NCBI GenBank assembly: GCA_965216465.1
Contig: CBDCFW010000006.1
Location: 1,216,001-1,280,000 of the forward strand
Length of the DNA: 64,000 bases
Reading direction: 5' to 3'
DNA from: Bacteroidia bacterium
Lineage (GTDB): Bacteria > Bacteroidota > Bacteroidia > NS11-12g > UBA9320
The position numbers and the translations under genes are program-made. Below are positions 1 to 9,627 of the stretch, piece after piece. Position 1 is the first letter of the stretch; the number at the start of each line of letters is the position of its first letter. The notes beneath the pieces are model-generated. The model did not search any database. It was not told the origin of the DNA and worked only from the letters and a program-made list of their open reading frames with translations.

Positions 1-827
1 AATCAATTTTTGATGTTGATCTGTTAAAAGATGAACAATTTAGAAAAGCTAAGAAAACTTCGCAATTGAAGTCAGGACCTACTAAGCTTGGTATAAGCGT
101 AGCTCCATACACTTCATATTCTTTTTACGACAGAGACTATGACAAGACTGAAAACCTCGCTTGGAAAGATGAAGAAACTCCGCTCAATAGTCTAGGTTAT
201 GGAATTGATCTACTCGTAAAAAGAAAGAACTTAACTTTAAGAACCGGGTTGGGCGTACAGAAAATTGTTGAATCAACAAAGTATTCTGTTGAAGTAGAAC
301 AATGGGAGTTTGAAAAGAATTTCAGAATAATTAATCATAACTACGATTCAACTCCAAGAGGAACGCGAGTTGTTTTGGTGCAAGAAGTAATTGATTCAGT
401 CTATTTAGGTCTGATTCGTAGACCTATTGGCCCTGAAGAAGAGATTCAGTTGAATTATGTCGTGATTCCGTTAGCACTTCGTTACGAAAAGTCACTTAAT
501 CGAATGGTATACTTCGGTGAGGCAGGAGCACAATTGTCAATCTTGCAAAGTGCATCTGGCAAATACAGCTTTGGATCGCTTGAAACTATTGATTCACTGG
601 GTGTGATAAAAGCAAATTTGATAGACCTGGAACAAAACGGATCTGTTCTTAACAAAAATATTCTGTATCTAAATGCAAGTCTTGGAATGGAGTTCAGAAT
701 GTCACGACGTGCCAGCTTATGGACAAGTTATGGAGTTTCGAGAACGTCGAATTCTATGTTTTCAAACTACCGTCAGGTACCAAAGCTAGGAACAGTTCGA
801 TTTGGATTGCGTTATCGACTTTATTGA
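1..827 (+). CDS. Outer-membrane beta-barrel protein (PorT/OMP_b-brl-like), 5'-truncated by window edge
   Basis: Frame is open from base 3 to the track ORF 66..827; amphipathic beta-strands and aromatic C-terminus (VRFGLRYRLY). Confidence 0.6.
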   Translation, partial: SIFDVDLLKDEQFRKAKKTSQLKSGPTKLGISVAPYTSYSFYDRDYDKTENLAWKDEETPLNSLGYGIDLLVKRKNLTLRTGLGVQKIVESTKYSVEVEQWEFEKNFRIINHNYDSTPRGTRVVLVQEVIDSVYLGLIRRPIGPEEEIQLNYVVIPLALRYEKSLNRMVYFGEAGAQLSILQSASGKYSFGSLETIDSLGVIKANLIDLEQNGSVLNKNILYLNASLGMEFRMSRRASLWTSYGVSRTSNSMFSNYRQVPKLGTVRFGLRYRLY

Positions 828-1474
828 TTTGTAGGGTAACTTTTTGATTTTGGGAACTTAACGTTTACCCCAATTCCAAAGTTAAAAGGAATCCACTCGA
901 CATCTGAAGTGTAATAAACAGGCACAGCAAAGCCTATTTGCGTTTGGAACTTTACAATTGGACCACCAAATCTAAATGTGCTAGTAGGTTCTATAAATAC
1001 ATCTTGAGCTGTAACACCCATTTCGTCATAGGTTACAAGTGTAAACTTTGGTGTAAATCCAATTTCGGAGTGTTTTCGAACCCAGCCCATGGTGGGTTGT
1101 ACAATAAACTTCGAATAGTCAATCTCGGATCGCCCTAATCCAAACCCTGCAAGACCTTCAAACATGAATACGTCATTGAAGTAATGATAATAGCCAGCAC
1201 CAACGGTAAACGAATTGGTTATGGCATTACCAGAACTTGAACTGTTGCTGCTTGTTTCATTGAACGTGGTCGAAAAGTCGCCGTGAACGAAAAAATGGCT
1301 GTCAATTGAATGTGCTGCTTGGAAATCTGCCTTGTATAACAGCGAGGCGTTAATGTTCGTTTGACCTCCTTCTTTAAACATCGGAGTGTGAACGGCCGAT
1401 GGCACATATCCAATTTTGCAACTGGATACAAGACTTCCTACAATAAGTAATGGTAGTATTTTTTTCAAAAGCAT
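821..1474 (-). CDS. Hypothetical lipoprotein with beta-strand-rich body
   Basis: Track ORF 821..1516; ATG at 1474 gives MLLKKILPLLIVGSLVSSC (lipobox) and lies just downstream of TATATTTG (1481-1488, minus strand). Confidence 0.6.
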   Translation of the reverse strand: MLLKKILPLLIVGSLVSSCKIGYVPSAVHTPMFKEGGQTNINASLLYKADFQAAHSIDSHFFVHGDFSTTFNETSSNSSSSGNAITNSFTVGAGYYHYFNDVFMFEGLAGFGLGRSEIDYSKFIVQPTMGWVRKHSEIGFTPKFTLVTYDEMGVTAQDVFIEPTSTFRFGGPIVKFQTQIGFAVPVYYTSDVEWIPFNFGIGVNVKFPKSKSYPTNQ

Positions 1475-1528
1475 GGTGTACAAATATAATTGATGGCTAG
1501 GATGAATTTTCCCCAATCTTATTGAGTC

Positions 1529-1565
1529 AAAAAAAAATGCCGAAAGTAAAACCTTCCGACATTTT
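1529..1565 (-). terminator. Intrinsic terminator
   Basis: AAAAUGUCGGAAG/CUUUCGGCAUUUU stem (two G-U pairs that form only on the minus strand) followed by poly-U. Confidence 0.75.
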
Positions 1566-1624
1566 GTAATTAACTAACCCCCAAGTTAATTGTCTTAAAT
1601 TTCTTTGCTTCTCTTTCGAAGCAT
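1529..1624 (-). ncRNA. Candidate intergenic small RNA (~95 nt, three hairpins)
   Basis: TATATTTG promoter at 1636-1629, 5' hairpin UGCUUC/GAAGCA, central hairpin AAUUAACU/AGUUAAUU with UGGGGGUU loop, 3' terminator hairpin plus U-tract; no track ORF here. Confidence 0.55.
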
Positions 1625-1753
1625 GCTCCAAATATAAAGCAACAATCTTTAATATTAAAACACATTTTGCTCTAAGGCGGAAAATATGTTACACCATGCG
1701 TAAATTTAGTAGGGCGGTTTTGCGTCTGTATTTGACAAGTTGATAACAGAAAA

Positions 1754-2938
1754 CTACCAAGGAGAATCCTTTTTTATAAGGTCTAGTCCGCCTTCTTCCT
1801 TCTCTTTTTCTGTAATGTTGAAATAGCTTAAAAAGCCATCTTTTGTGTAGGTGTCAACGTTCCAAGACTTCACAATTTGTCCATCTTTGTACACCAATAT
1901 ACGCGGATAAGTCTCTCCTTCAAGCAATCTTTTAAAGGTAACATAATCTTCAATCAGGTTATGTGGGTGCTCGCATTCGCCAGCCTGACTAAAGAAATAG
2001 CTCTGTTCATATTGTGACCCAAAATTGACCAAGTAAAGTTGAGGTAGGTTAGGTGATTCTGTCACTTTACAAATGTCAGCATACACTTCTTGGCAGTGTG
2101 AGCAGGTCATACTGAATAGACATACTACCTTTTGTCCTTTACTCAGATCTACAGATTTTAATGCTGGAACGTATTGATAAAGTAATTGAGTTGTTTTTGG
2201 TAAACTCGTAGTGGATGGTTCAGCTGCCACAACTGTTTCCACTTCTTGAGCTTCAGGTTCGGTTTCTGGAATGTTCAGTTCATCTTCTCGTGGAGCCTCA
2301 CTGCCAAGGATTAGTTCTTCCTCTAAATCAGGTGATAGCGTATCGATTGGTGCTTGAGCAGTATCTACCGGGGTTTCAAGAACCACTTCTTCATTTATTT
2401 CAGGTGCTTCAAAGCTTTTTATTCCAAACGAAAGGGTAAAAAGGCTAATTGCTCCAACTAAGAATGGTGACACCCATGAATTGAACACTGCTCGTTCGTT
2501 GTATTTAATCCACACAAATATTCCTATGAAAATCGCAGCCACATTTTTCAAAATCGACTCAAGGTTGTTCATGGGTAAAACATCCCCGAAACAACCGCAG
2601 TTACCTTCAATAAACCCGTTTGGCTTACTAAGACTGTCGATGAATAAATGGACTGTAAAAAGAATAAGTATTAACATGATTGATGGCATAACCAGCCGCT
2701 TGAACCACTTGTTTTGCAATACCGCAATACCTAAGACCAATTCGCCTGTAATAAGAACTCTGGTAAATACCTGTGACCAAAACATCTCTTTTGGATGATC
2801 AAAATAATCTGGTCCAATTAAAAATTCAGCAACCATCCCATCGAAGAAGGGAAGCGAAATGAATTTGCTAATTGCAGAGAAAATAAAAAGGGCACTTAAT
2901 AGAATTCGACCAAAATTAAGAAGTAAGTTTCTATTCAT
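1754..2938 (-). CDS. MauE/DoxX-family membrane protein fused to a C-terminal thioredoxin-like domain
   Basis: About 5 TM helices with NCGCFG motif, acidic linker, CSHC CxxC and TYPRI cis-Pro-type loop. Confidence 0.75.
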   Translation of the reverse strand: MNRNLLLNFGRILLSALFIFSAISKFISLPFFDGMVAEFLIGPDYFDHPKEMFWSQVFTRVLITGELVLGIAVLQNKWFKRLVMPSIMLILILFTVHLFIDSLSKPNGFIEGNCGCFGDVLPMNNLESILKNVAAIFIGIFVWIKYNERAVFNSWVSPFLVGAISLFTLSFGIKSFEAPEINEEVVLETPVDTAQAPIDTLSPDLEEELILGSEAPREDELNIPETEPEAQEVETVVAAEPSTTSLPKTTQLLYQYVPALKSVDLSKGQKVVCLFSMTCSHCQEVYADICKVTESPNLPQLYLVNFGSQYEQSYFFSQAGECEHPHNLIEDYVTFKRLLEGETYPRILVYKDGQIVKSWNVDTYTKDGFLSYFNITEKEKEEGGLDLIKKDSPW

Positions 2939-3012
2939 GTTTCTAATAAACGCTACGAATTTAAAAATGATTGCCTACAATCAGCAAGAAATAAATCGGC
3001 TTTAACTTGTAC

Positions 3013-4425
3013 CTATTTAACGGTTGTGGGGCAGACGTAGTCCGTTCGCGTGATCGAAGTAGTTTTAATGGCGTCGTATCCTCCCGCTACATCAATCATG
3101 TTGTGATAGCCTCTCGATTTTAAAATGGAAGATGCAATTACTGAACGGTAGCCTCCAGCACAATGAACGAAGAAATCTTCCTCTTTTGGAAACGAAGCTA
3201 AGTGGTCGTTTAAGTTGTCTAAAGGCGTAGAAATAGCGTCTTCAACGTGTTCTGCTGTGAATTCTCCGGGCTTTCTAACATCAAATACCTTTAGCTTATC
3301 CTTTGCTAATTGAGACTCAAATTCTTCAACACGAATTGAACGTAAAGAATCAAGCTGTCTTCCTGAGGATTTCCATGCTTCAATGCCTCCTTTTAAATAA
3401 CCCAAGGTGTTATCGAATCCTACCCGGCTTAATCGGGTAATCGTTTCTTCAAGCTTGTCTTCGTCTGCTACTAAAAGAATAGGCTGTTTTACGTCTTTAA
3501 TTAACGCACCTACCCATGGTGCAAAACTGCCGTCGATACCTATGAATATGCTACGCGGAATAAAACCTTTAACAAAAATATTTTCGTGTCGAACATCAAG
3601 AACAATGGCATCTGTTTCATTTGCCGCTGCTTCAAATTCTTCTGGGCTAAGTGCACGTTTACCTTGTTCTAAAACACGATCAATAGACTCATAACCCTCT
3701 TTGTTTAGCTGAACGTTTAAGGGGAAATAAGCTGGTGGTGCAGCGAGACCATCGGTAACTTCCGCAACAAATTCTTCTTTGGTCATATCAGAACGCAAGG
3801 CATAATTCATACGTTTTTGATTCCCTAAGGTATCAACTGTTTCCTTCATCATGTTCTTGCCACAAGCACTGCCTGCACCATGCCCCGGATAAACAATAAC
3901 ATCGTCTGCCAAAGGCATAATTTTATTGCGTAAACTGTCGAATAGCGTTCCAGCCAACTCTTCTTGGGTCATATCGGCGGCCTTTTGAGCTAAATCAGGT
4001 CTTCCAACATCGCCCAGAAAAAGCGTGTCTCCAGAAAAAATACAATGATTGTTTCCGTTTTCGTCTTTTAATAAATAAGTGCTGCTTTCCATCGTGTGCC
4101 CAGGGGTGTGTAACACCTGAATGGTCAAATTACCCAATTTGAACTCTTGATTGTCGGTAGCAATTAATGCATCAAATTTAGGATTGGCGTTGGGGCCATA
4201 AATAATACTTGCTCCCGTTTTGTCTGCCAAGGTTACGTGACCGCTTACAAAATCAGCATGAAAGTGGGTTTCGAAGATGTACTTAATCTTAGCACCGTCT
4301 TTATCCGCTCTATCAATATAGTCTTGAACTTCTCTAAGCGGGTCAATTATTGCCGCTTCTCCCTCAGACTCAATGTAATAAGCTCCTTGGGCCAAACAGC
4401 CCGTATAAATTTGTTCTATTCTCAC
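3013..4425 (-). CDS. MBL-fold persulfide dioxygenase-rhodanese fusion (CstB-like), copy 1
   Basis: ETHFHADF, HTPGHT, GDTLF, GAGSACGK, C-terminal rhodanese loop HCAGGYRS; GTG start. Confidence 0.9.
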   Translation of the reverse strand: MRIEQIYTGCLAQGAYYIESEGEAAIIDPLREVQDYIDRADKDGAKIKYIFETHFHADFVSGHVTLADKTGASIIYGPNANPKFDALIATDNQEFKLGNLTIQVLHTPGHTMESSTYLLKDENGNNHCIFSGDTLFLGDVGRPDLAQKAADMTQEELAGTLFDSLRNKIMPLADDVIVYPGHGAGSACGKNMMKETVDTLGNQKRMNYALRSDMTKEEFVAEVTDGLAAPPAYFPLNVQLNKEGYESIDRVLEQGKRALSPEEFEAAANETDAIVLDVRHENIFVKGFIPRSIFIGIDGSFAPWVGALIKDVKQPILLVADEDKLEETITRLSRVGFDNTLGYLKGGIEAWKSSGRQLDSLRSIRVEEFESQLAKDKLKVFDVRKPGEFTAEHVEDAISTPLDNLNDHLASFPKEEDFFVHCAGGYRSVIASSILKSRGYHNMIDVAGGYDAIKTTSITRTDYVCPTTVK

Positions 4426-4446
4426 GATTCTTTTATAACAACAAAA

Positions 4447-5868
4447 TTACAGCATTGTTGTTGGACAAACATATTCTGTAAATTCAAAGCTTGAAATTAC
4501 TTCCAAACCTTTAAATCCTTTCTCAATATTGATAAGCTGGTTAAAACCTTTCGATTTTAGCAAAGATGCAAAGATTACCGAGCGATATCCACCCAAACAA
4601 TGAATGTAATAAGTTTCATTAACGTCAAGTTTTTCTAGTTGATTTTCGAAATAATCAAGTGGCGTGTTTTGAGCATTTTTTAAGTGCTGACTGTTGTACT
4701 CACTTGCTTTACGTACATCAAGCACTTTGATGTTCGACGAGTTGTGGATGACTTCAAATTTTTCTGGAGAGATAGACTCTATTTGATCAATAGGTCTTTT
4801 GGAATCTGACCACGTTTCAAATCCACCTTCAAGGTAACCCAGGTTGTTATCGAATCCAATTCGAGCCATTCTGACTGCCACTTCAATTTCTCGATCCTTG
4901 TCTGCTATGAACACAATAGGTTGTTTAACATCTTTCAAAACGGTTCCTAACCATGTTGCAAAATTTCCATCGACGCCAATAAATATAGAGTTTGGAACGA
5001 AGCCCTTTACAAATTGAGCTTCATTTCGGGTATCAATAATTATTGCATTTTTTTGAGCTACTACCTCGTCAAATTCTTCTAATGTTAGTGGTTGGGTTCC
5101 TTGAGCGACAACATTGTCAATGCTGTTGTAACCTTGAATATTCATCAATACATTGTGAGGAAAATAGGCTGGGGGAGGTGTAAGTCCGGTAAGTACTTCA
5201 TTTACAAATTCGTCTTCAGTCATATCTGGACGAAGTGCATAGTTGGTTTTTTTCTGATTGCCCAATAAGTCTGTTGTTTCTGAACTCATGTTTTTACCAC
5301 AAGCACTTCCCGCACCATGCCCGGGATAAACCATAACATAGTCTTCAAGGGGCATTATTTTATTTCGAAGCGAGTGGAATAGCATTCTCGCCAGTTTATC
5401 TTGTGTTAATTCTGCAATTACTTTTTGGGCAAGATCAGGTCGGCCAACATCACCGATGAACAAAGTGTCACCTGAAAAGAGGGAGTGCTGCTTTCCGTGC
5501 TCATCAAGAAGTAAATATGAGCTAGATTCAGTAGTGTGTCCAGGGGTATGAAGTAATTTTATAGTGATGTTACCTAGCGGGAATTCTTGCTCGTCTTTGG
5601 CAACTAAAATGTCGTAACCTGTTTGCATTGTTGTAGGACCAAATACAATGGGTGCTCCAGTTTTTTTCGAAAGATCTACATGGCCGCTCACAAAGTCTGC
5701 GTGAAAATGCGTTTCAAAGATGTACTTAATCTTCGCTCCGCGTTCTTCCGCCATATCGATGTATTGTTGTACTTCTCTAAGAGGGTCTATTATTGCGGCT
5801 TCTCCATTTGATTCTATGTAATAAGCTCCGTGTGCTAAGCATCCTGTATATAATTGTTCTACCTGCAT
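4447..5868 (-). CDS. MBL-fold persulfide dioxygenase-rhodanese fusion (CstB-like), copy 2
   Basis: Same motifs, rhodanese loop HCLGGYRS; ATG at 5868 (MQVEQLYTGC) aligns with the copy 1 start. Confidence 0.9.
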   Translation of the reverse strand: MQVEQLYTGCLAHGAYYIESNGEAAIIDPLREVQQYIDMAEERGAKIKYIFETHFHADFVSGHVDLSKKTGAPIVFGPTTMQTGYDILVAKDEQEFPLGNITIKLLHTPGHTTESSSYLLLDEHGKQHSLFSGDTLFIGDVGRPDLAQKVIAELTQDKLARMLFHSLRNKIMPLEDYVMVYPGHGAGSACGKNMSSETTDLLGNQKKTNYALRPDMTEDEFVNEVLTGLTPPPAYFPHNVLMNIQGYNSIDNVVAQGTQPLTLEEFDEVVAQKNAIIIDTRNEAQFVKGFVPNSIFIGVDGNFATWLGTVLKDVKQPIVFIADKDREIEVAVRMARIGFDNNLGYLEGGFETWSDSKRPIDQIESISPEKFEVIHNSSNIKVLDVRKASEYNSQHLKNAQNTPLDYFENQLEKLDVNETYYIHCLGGYRSVIFASLLKSKGFNQLINIEKGFKGLEVISSFEFTEYVCPTTML

Positions 5869-5886
5869 AATTTTAAAAGTTTGGTG

Positions 5887-5931
5887 CAAAATTATTGGCA
5901 GAACTTCCGTCGCTTTGTGACGCAGGTTACT
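5887..5931 (-). promoter_or_regulatory. -7 element plus Crp/Fnr-like pseudo-palindrome upstream of the MBL-rhodanese pair
   Basis: TAATTTTG at 5894-5887; GTAAC-CTGC-GTCAC at 5930-5917, directly downstream of a Crp/Fnr gene. Confidence 0.5.
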
Positions 5932-5959
5932 TTATGATGTGATATTAGTTATATGAATC

Positions 5960-6619
5960 TTACAGATTCAAGAGGGTAATTTTGTTTCTGCTGTGCGATA
6001 TTTTTCCATCGCTTTCCAACTTTGCTAAGATTCTTGAGATTACCACTCTTGAAGAATGCAGGTCATTAGCGATTTGTGCATGGGTAGAAACTATTTCTTT
6101 GTCACCGGTAACATACACCTTGTCTTTAAGGTATTTTAAGATACGATCTTCCATGTTGTTAAATGCTAGGTTGTCAATAGCTTCTAGCATTTCATTCATT
6201 CTATAATTGTAGGTTTCCAACACAAATGAACGCCATGAATGAAAACGGGCCATCCAATCTTCAACCTTGCCAATTGGTATAAACAGTAATTCTGCAGGGC
6301 TTTCGGTAAGTGCTCTAATCTTACTTTTTGCAGCTCGTGCACAGCAATTTAAGGTCACTGCACATGTTTCACCCAATTCGAGATAGTAAATCAAGAGCTC
6401 GCGTCCTTCACTATCTTCGGTCATTATCTTAAGCGAACCGGAAACGATTAGCGGCAAGTATTGCAGTTCATCTCCAATATCTACAACAAGTTCGTCGGCC
6501 TCGTAGGTTTTCAGAATTCCGTTGTGACAAATTTCGTTGATGAGTTGCTCTTCGAAAATGTTTTGAAATTTATCATGAAGGTTATTGTAGCACGTAATGT
6601 CGAAAGGTTGAACAGACAT
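5960..6619 (-). CDS. Crp/Fnr family transcriptional regulator
   Basis: cNMP-like domain (GETCAVTLNCC) and Crp HTH (THAQIANDLHSSRVVISRIL). Confidence 0.9.
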   Translation of the reverse strand: MSVQPFDITCYNNLHDKFQNIFEEQLINEICHNGILKTYEADELVVDIGDELQYLPLIVSGSLKIMTEDSEGRELLIYYLELGETCAVTLNCCARAAKSKIRALTESPAELLFIPIGKVEDWMARFHSWRSFVLETYNYRMNEMLEAIDNLAFNNMEDRILKYLKDKVYVTGDKEIVSTHAQIANDLHSSRVVISRILAKLESDGKISHSRNKITLLNL

Positions 6620-6662
6620 AGGGCGAAATTACGGAATTATTTAAAGCAATTAACCGATAAGA

Positions 6663-7199
6663 TTAATAAGCTGAATGAATAATTTTTACTTGCTGGTTTA
6701 CGCCGCTTGTTATTGACTTTGCTGATATGGTGGCTCCACTAATGCCATCGATGTTTTTACCAATTTCAAAAGTGTCTTTACCTTCAAACTGACGAAGCCA
6801 ACCTTTACTGGCCACTTGATAGCCGTGGTCGGAGGTGTATTCTAAAACTCTAACTTTTTTGACCTGCTTTTGAGCATCGAATGCAGTCATGTAAAAGAAT
6901 TGTTCAAACCCAATACTGTCGTTCGAAGGTTTATCACATCCACCCAAACGACACCCTAAGGCTCTACTAATTATGGAGTAACCAACAATTGAATCTTCAT
7001 TTGATATTTCAAACAGTTGATGATTGATATTCAAAGAGTCAGGTAACATGGCTTCACGATGAATAAGTTCATCGCCAAAAACCTTTTTCAAATGACGATC
7101 CATTTTTTTAGTTAAATAGTCAGGCAAATAGCTATATGCACCAATAGCACTCACACTAATTGCTGAAACTAAAAAGATATAGATCGCTTTCTTAATCAT
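6663..7199 (-). CDS. FMN-binding (FMN_bind) extracytoplasmic protein
   Basis: Signal sequence; DGISGATIS flavinylation motif; WLRQF. Confidence 0.8.
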   Translation of the reverse strand: MIKKAIYIFLVSAISVSAIGAYSYLPDYLTKKMDRHLKKVFGDELIHREAMLPDSLNINHQLFEISNEDSIVGYSIISRALGCRLGGCDKPSNDSIGFEQFFYMTAFDAQKQVKKVRVLEYTSDHGYQVASKGWLRQFEGKDTFEIGKNIDGISGATISAKSITSGVNQQVKIIHSAY

Positions 7200-7202
7200 T
7201 AA

Positions 7203-8396
7203 TTATCTGAACCAGTACCCTACACCAGCGTTAAAAGTATTTACCTTATTGTCGTTTCCGTCTACTGTTTGTTGAAAGTCTGCTTTAAGAACCATAGAAG
7301 GTGCCACGAAGTAAGAAACCCCGGTGGTTAGAATATCTTTTTTGTATGCAAGATTTACGGTTTGTCCTTCATTTACTTGTTGATGTGTATTCAATTGTGA
7401 ATAGCGAATAAATGGAACAAGTTTGTTTTTGTGCTTGATCAGGCTTGCAATGTTGTATCCAACCTCTGCATAGTAACCAAATGCTTGAGTACCTAAATTA
7501 GCTCCTGTAAAACCGTTGTACTGATCAGTGTTGTTTAAGTTCATCGCAATAAGCTGACCTCTTGATTCAAAGTTTTTGCGTTGAAATCTAAAATCAAAGC
7601 CAACCATTTGGACACCAATTGATGAACTATCTGCAATCATAACTTGAGCCGTACTGTCTTGATGTAAGTTGTTAAATAAGTTAGATTCTGTTTGCCCTAA
7701 ATAAGCTGAAAGACCCACATCTAACCCACGAACACCGTAATAGGTTAATCGACCCGATAAGTCAGGATGTGACATGGTCACCTGAGAACCTTTTTGACGT
7801 GCTCCGCGAATAGGTTTTGAACCACTTAATTTTCCTTCATTGTTATATCCTAATGGCCCATTGACCAAATACAGCTGATAACGAAGTCCTTGACTAGGCA
7901 AGTTGCCCGAAAATCCAGCTCCTATCTCTCTCCAGGTAGTAGGAACCATGACATTATCAATTATTGGACGCTCAACTCCATTAAATGTTGTTGGCTCGTG
8001 ATATTCATTAACAATTCCCATAGGGATTAGCATCAAACCTGCTTGAAAGTTTAGCCATGGTTTAACTTCCTGGTTTAAGAATGCCTGCTCAAGAAAGACT
8101 TCCTTAATGTGTTCAATCTCGATTTCTGTAATGAAAGAGGTTTTAGGACTAAATTTATATCCAAACAACAACACCTGGCGGTGAACATCAAGCTGCCCAT
8201 TATTTTGCATATTTGAAGCAATCGGTTGGTTAAAATGTACTTCTCCGTATGCAGCCATGAGCAAGTTTCCATCTTTGCTATCAATTAAGGTATACGCTGA
8301 ATTCTTGCGAGGACTATTTGTACTGTCAGTAGTTTGAGCACTTCCTTGAAATGCGAATAATACAATGACAAATGCAATGAATAAATTTAATCTCAT
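7203..8396 (-). CDS. Outer-membrane porin-like beta-barrel protein
   Basis: Signal peptide, EIEIEH, NEYHEPTTFNGVERP, C-terminal AGVGYWFR. Confidence 0.7.
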   Translation of the reverse strand: MRLNLFIAFVIVLFAFQGSAQTTDSTNSPRKNSAYTLIDSKDGNLLMAAYGEVHFNQPIASNMQNNGQLDVHRQVLLFGYKFSPKTSFITEIEIEHIKEVFLEQAFLNQEVKPWLNFQAGLMLIPMGIVNEYHEPTTFNGVERPIIDNVMVPTTWREIGAGFSGNLPSQGLRYQLYLVNGPLGYNNEGKLSGSKPIRGARQKGSQVTMSHPDLSGRLTYYGVRGLDVGLSAYLGQTESNLFNNLHQDSTAQVMIADSSSIGVQMVGFDFRFQRKNFESRGQLIAMNLNNTDQYNGFTGANLGTQAFGYYAEVGYNIASLIKHKNKLVPFIRYSQLNTHQQVNEGQTVNLAYKKDILTTGVSYFVAPSMVLKADFQQTVDGNDNKVNTFNAGVGYWFR

Positions 8397-8410
8397 GCCT
8401 TAGTTTGGCG

Positions 8411-8444
8411 CAAAGTTATTTTTATTTAGAACAATTTAAAATAA
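8411..8444 (-). promoter_or_regulatory. -7 promoter element and Fur-box-like palindrome
   Basis: TAACTTTG at 8418-8411; ATTTAGAACAATTTAAAAT at 8424-8442 matches 15/19 of the flavobacterial Fur box ATTTAGAATTATTCTAAAT as I recall it. Confidence 0.6.
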
Positions 8445-8471
8445 CGAGAATACAAAATTATGAGTTTTTAG

Positions 8472-9074
8472 TTAACTTGCTTGTAATCTGGCAAATACAA
8501 AGTTCTGAATGGTGTTGAAGGGAGTCTGGTGAGGATGGTCTAATGTTTCAATTACCTCAAATTCAGGAGCAAAACACTCCTCAAATTTGGCTGGGCTGTA
8601 TTGCGTTATTTCGAGTCCGCTGCATTTAAATGGGCCATCTACTGAGAATGTACCTAGAACTATTTTTGAAGTGTAATTTTCAACTAATTTCTTATACTTT
8701 TCAATTTCATCGCTCGAAGTAAGGAAGTGAAATACGGCCCGGTCGTGCCATAGGTCATATTCTTGTGAGGGTTTAAAGTCCACAATGTCGGAAACAATCC
8801 AATTAATTTCACTTGCCCGATTACCTAGTCTAGATTTTGCTCGATCAATCGCCGCTTGAGAAATATCAAGTACAGTGATGTTGGTAAACTCTAAATCGAG
8901 TAGGTGATCTACCAAATTGCTATCACCACCTCCAATATCAATAATTTCAGCAGATTTTGGGAGGTTGAATTTAGCAATAAGGTCTAGCGACACTTTCGGA
9001 ATTGTCTGAGTCCAGCTTACTTGTTCCGGAGTTTTTGTAGAATAGATGTTTTCCCAGTGTTCTTTTCTGTTCAT
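8472..9074 (-). CDS. Class I SAM-dependent methyltransferase
   Basis: IIDIGGG motif I, LDIS, WHDRAVFHFL, GPFKCSGL. Confidence 0.85.
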   Translation of the reverse strand: MNRKEHWENIYSTKTPEQVSWTQTIPKVSLDLIAKFNLPKSAEIIDIGGGDSNLVDHLLDLEFTNITVLDISQAAIDRAKSRLGNRASEINWIVSDIVDFKPSQEYDLWHDRAVFHFLTSSDEIEKYKKLVENYTSKIVLGTFSVDGPFKCSGLEITQYSPAKFEECFAPEFEVIETLDHPHQTPFNTIQNFVFARLQAS

Positions 9075-9577
9075 TTATTTGCTTGTTTAAATGCCTCGTT
9101 AAGCTCTTTAAAATCCAGTTGGCCATTTACCGATTTGAGGTAATTCAATATCACTAAGGCCTTTTTAATTCTTATTTCTGAAGACTTTGGTTTTCCAACG
9201 AGATGAATAAGATTTCTTTGTTTTCCAGGCGTAAGTTCATGAAAAATGGCTTTGCCTTCAGGGTCAAGGTCCCATGCTGCCTTGAGTTCGTCAGGTAATT
9301 CCATTCCATATTTGCTTGTGTCTTTTTCAAGTTCAACGGATATGTCCGATCCGATGTCTATGTTGTGTTGCTTTCTAACTTCTTTGTTAACATTGATAAA
9401 GAATCCTTGCTTTGAAGCCATGATTGCTGCATGAAAGGCCTTCCCTCCGTTAATGGAACATAAAACCCTTTTCGAACCGTCGGTCATGAGTTTATTGGCA
9501 ACAGTATCGGGCACCAAAAAGCACCGATCCCATACGTTTGAATCAAGACGAATTATGGCTGAGTTGAAACGGTCCAT
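9071..9577 (-). CDS. DUF1905 / YdeI-OmpD-associated family protein
   Basis: DTSKYGMELPDEL..FHELTPGKQR; ATG at 9577 lies downstream of TATATTTG (9597-9590). Confidence 0.75.
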   Translation of the reverse strand: MDRFNSAIIRLDSNVWDRCFLVPDTVANKLMTDGSKRVLCSINGGKAFHAAIMASKQGFFINVNKEVRKQHNIDIGSDISVELEKDTSKYGMELPDELKAAWDLDPEGKAIFHELTPGKQRNLIHLVGKPKSSEIRIKKALVILNYLKSVNGQLDFKELNEAFKQANK

Positions 9578-9627
9578 AGAAACTTCGTGCAAATATAGAT
9601 GCTTGATTAAAAGCTACAGGTTGACAA

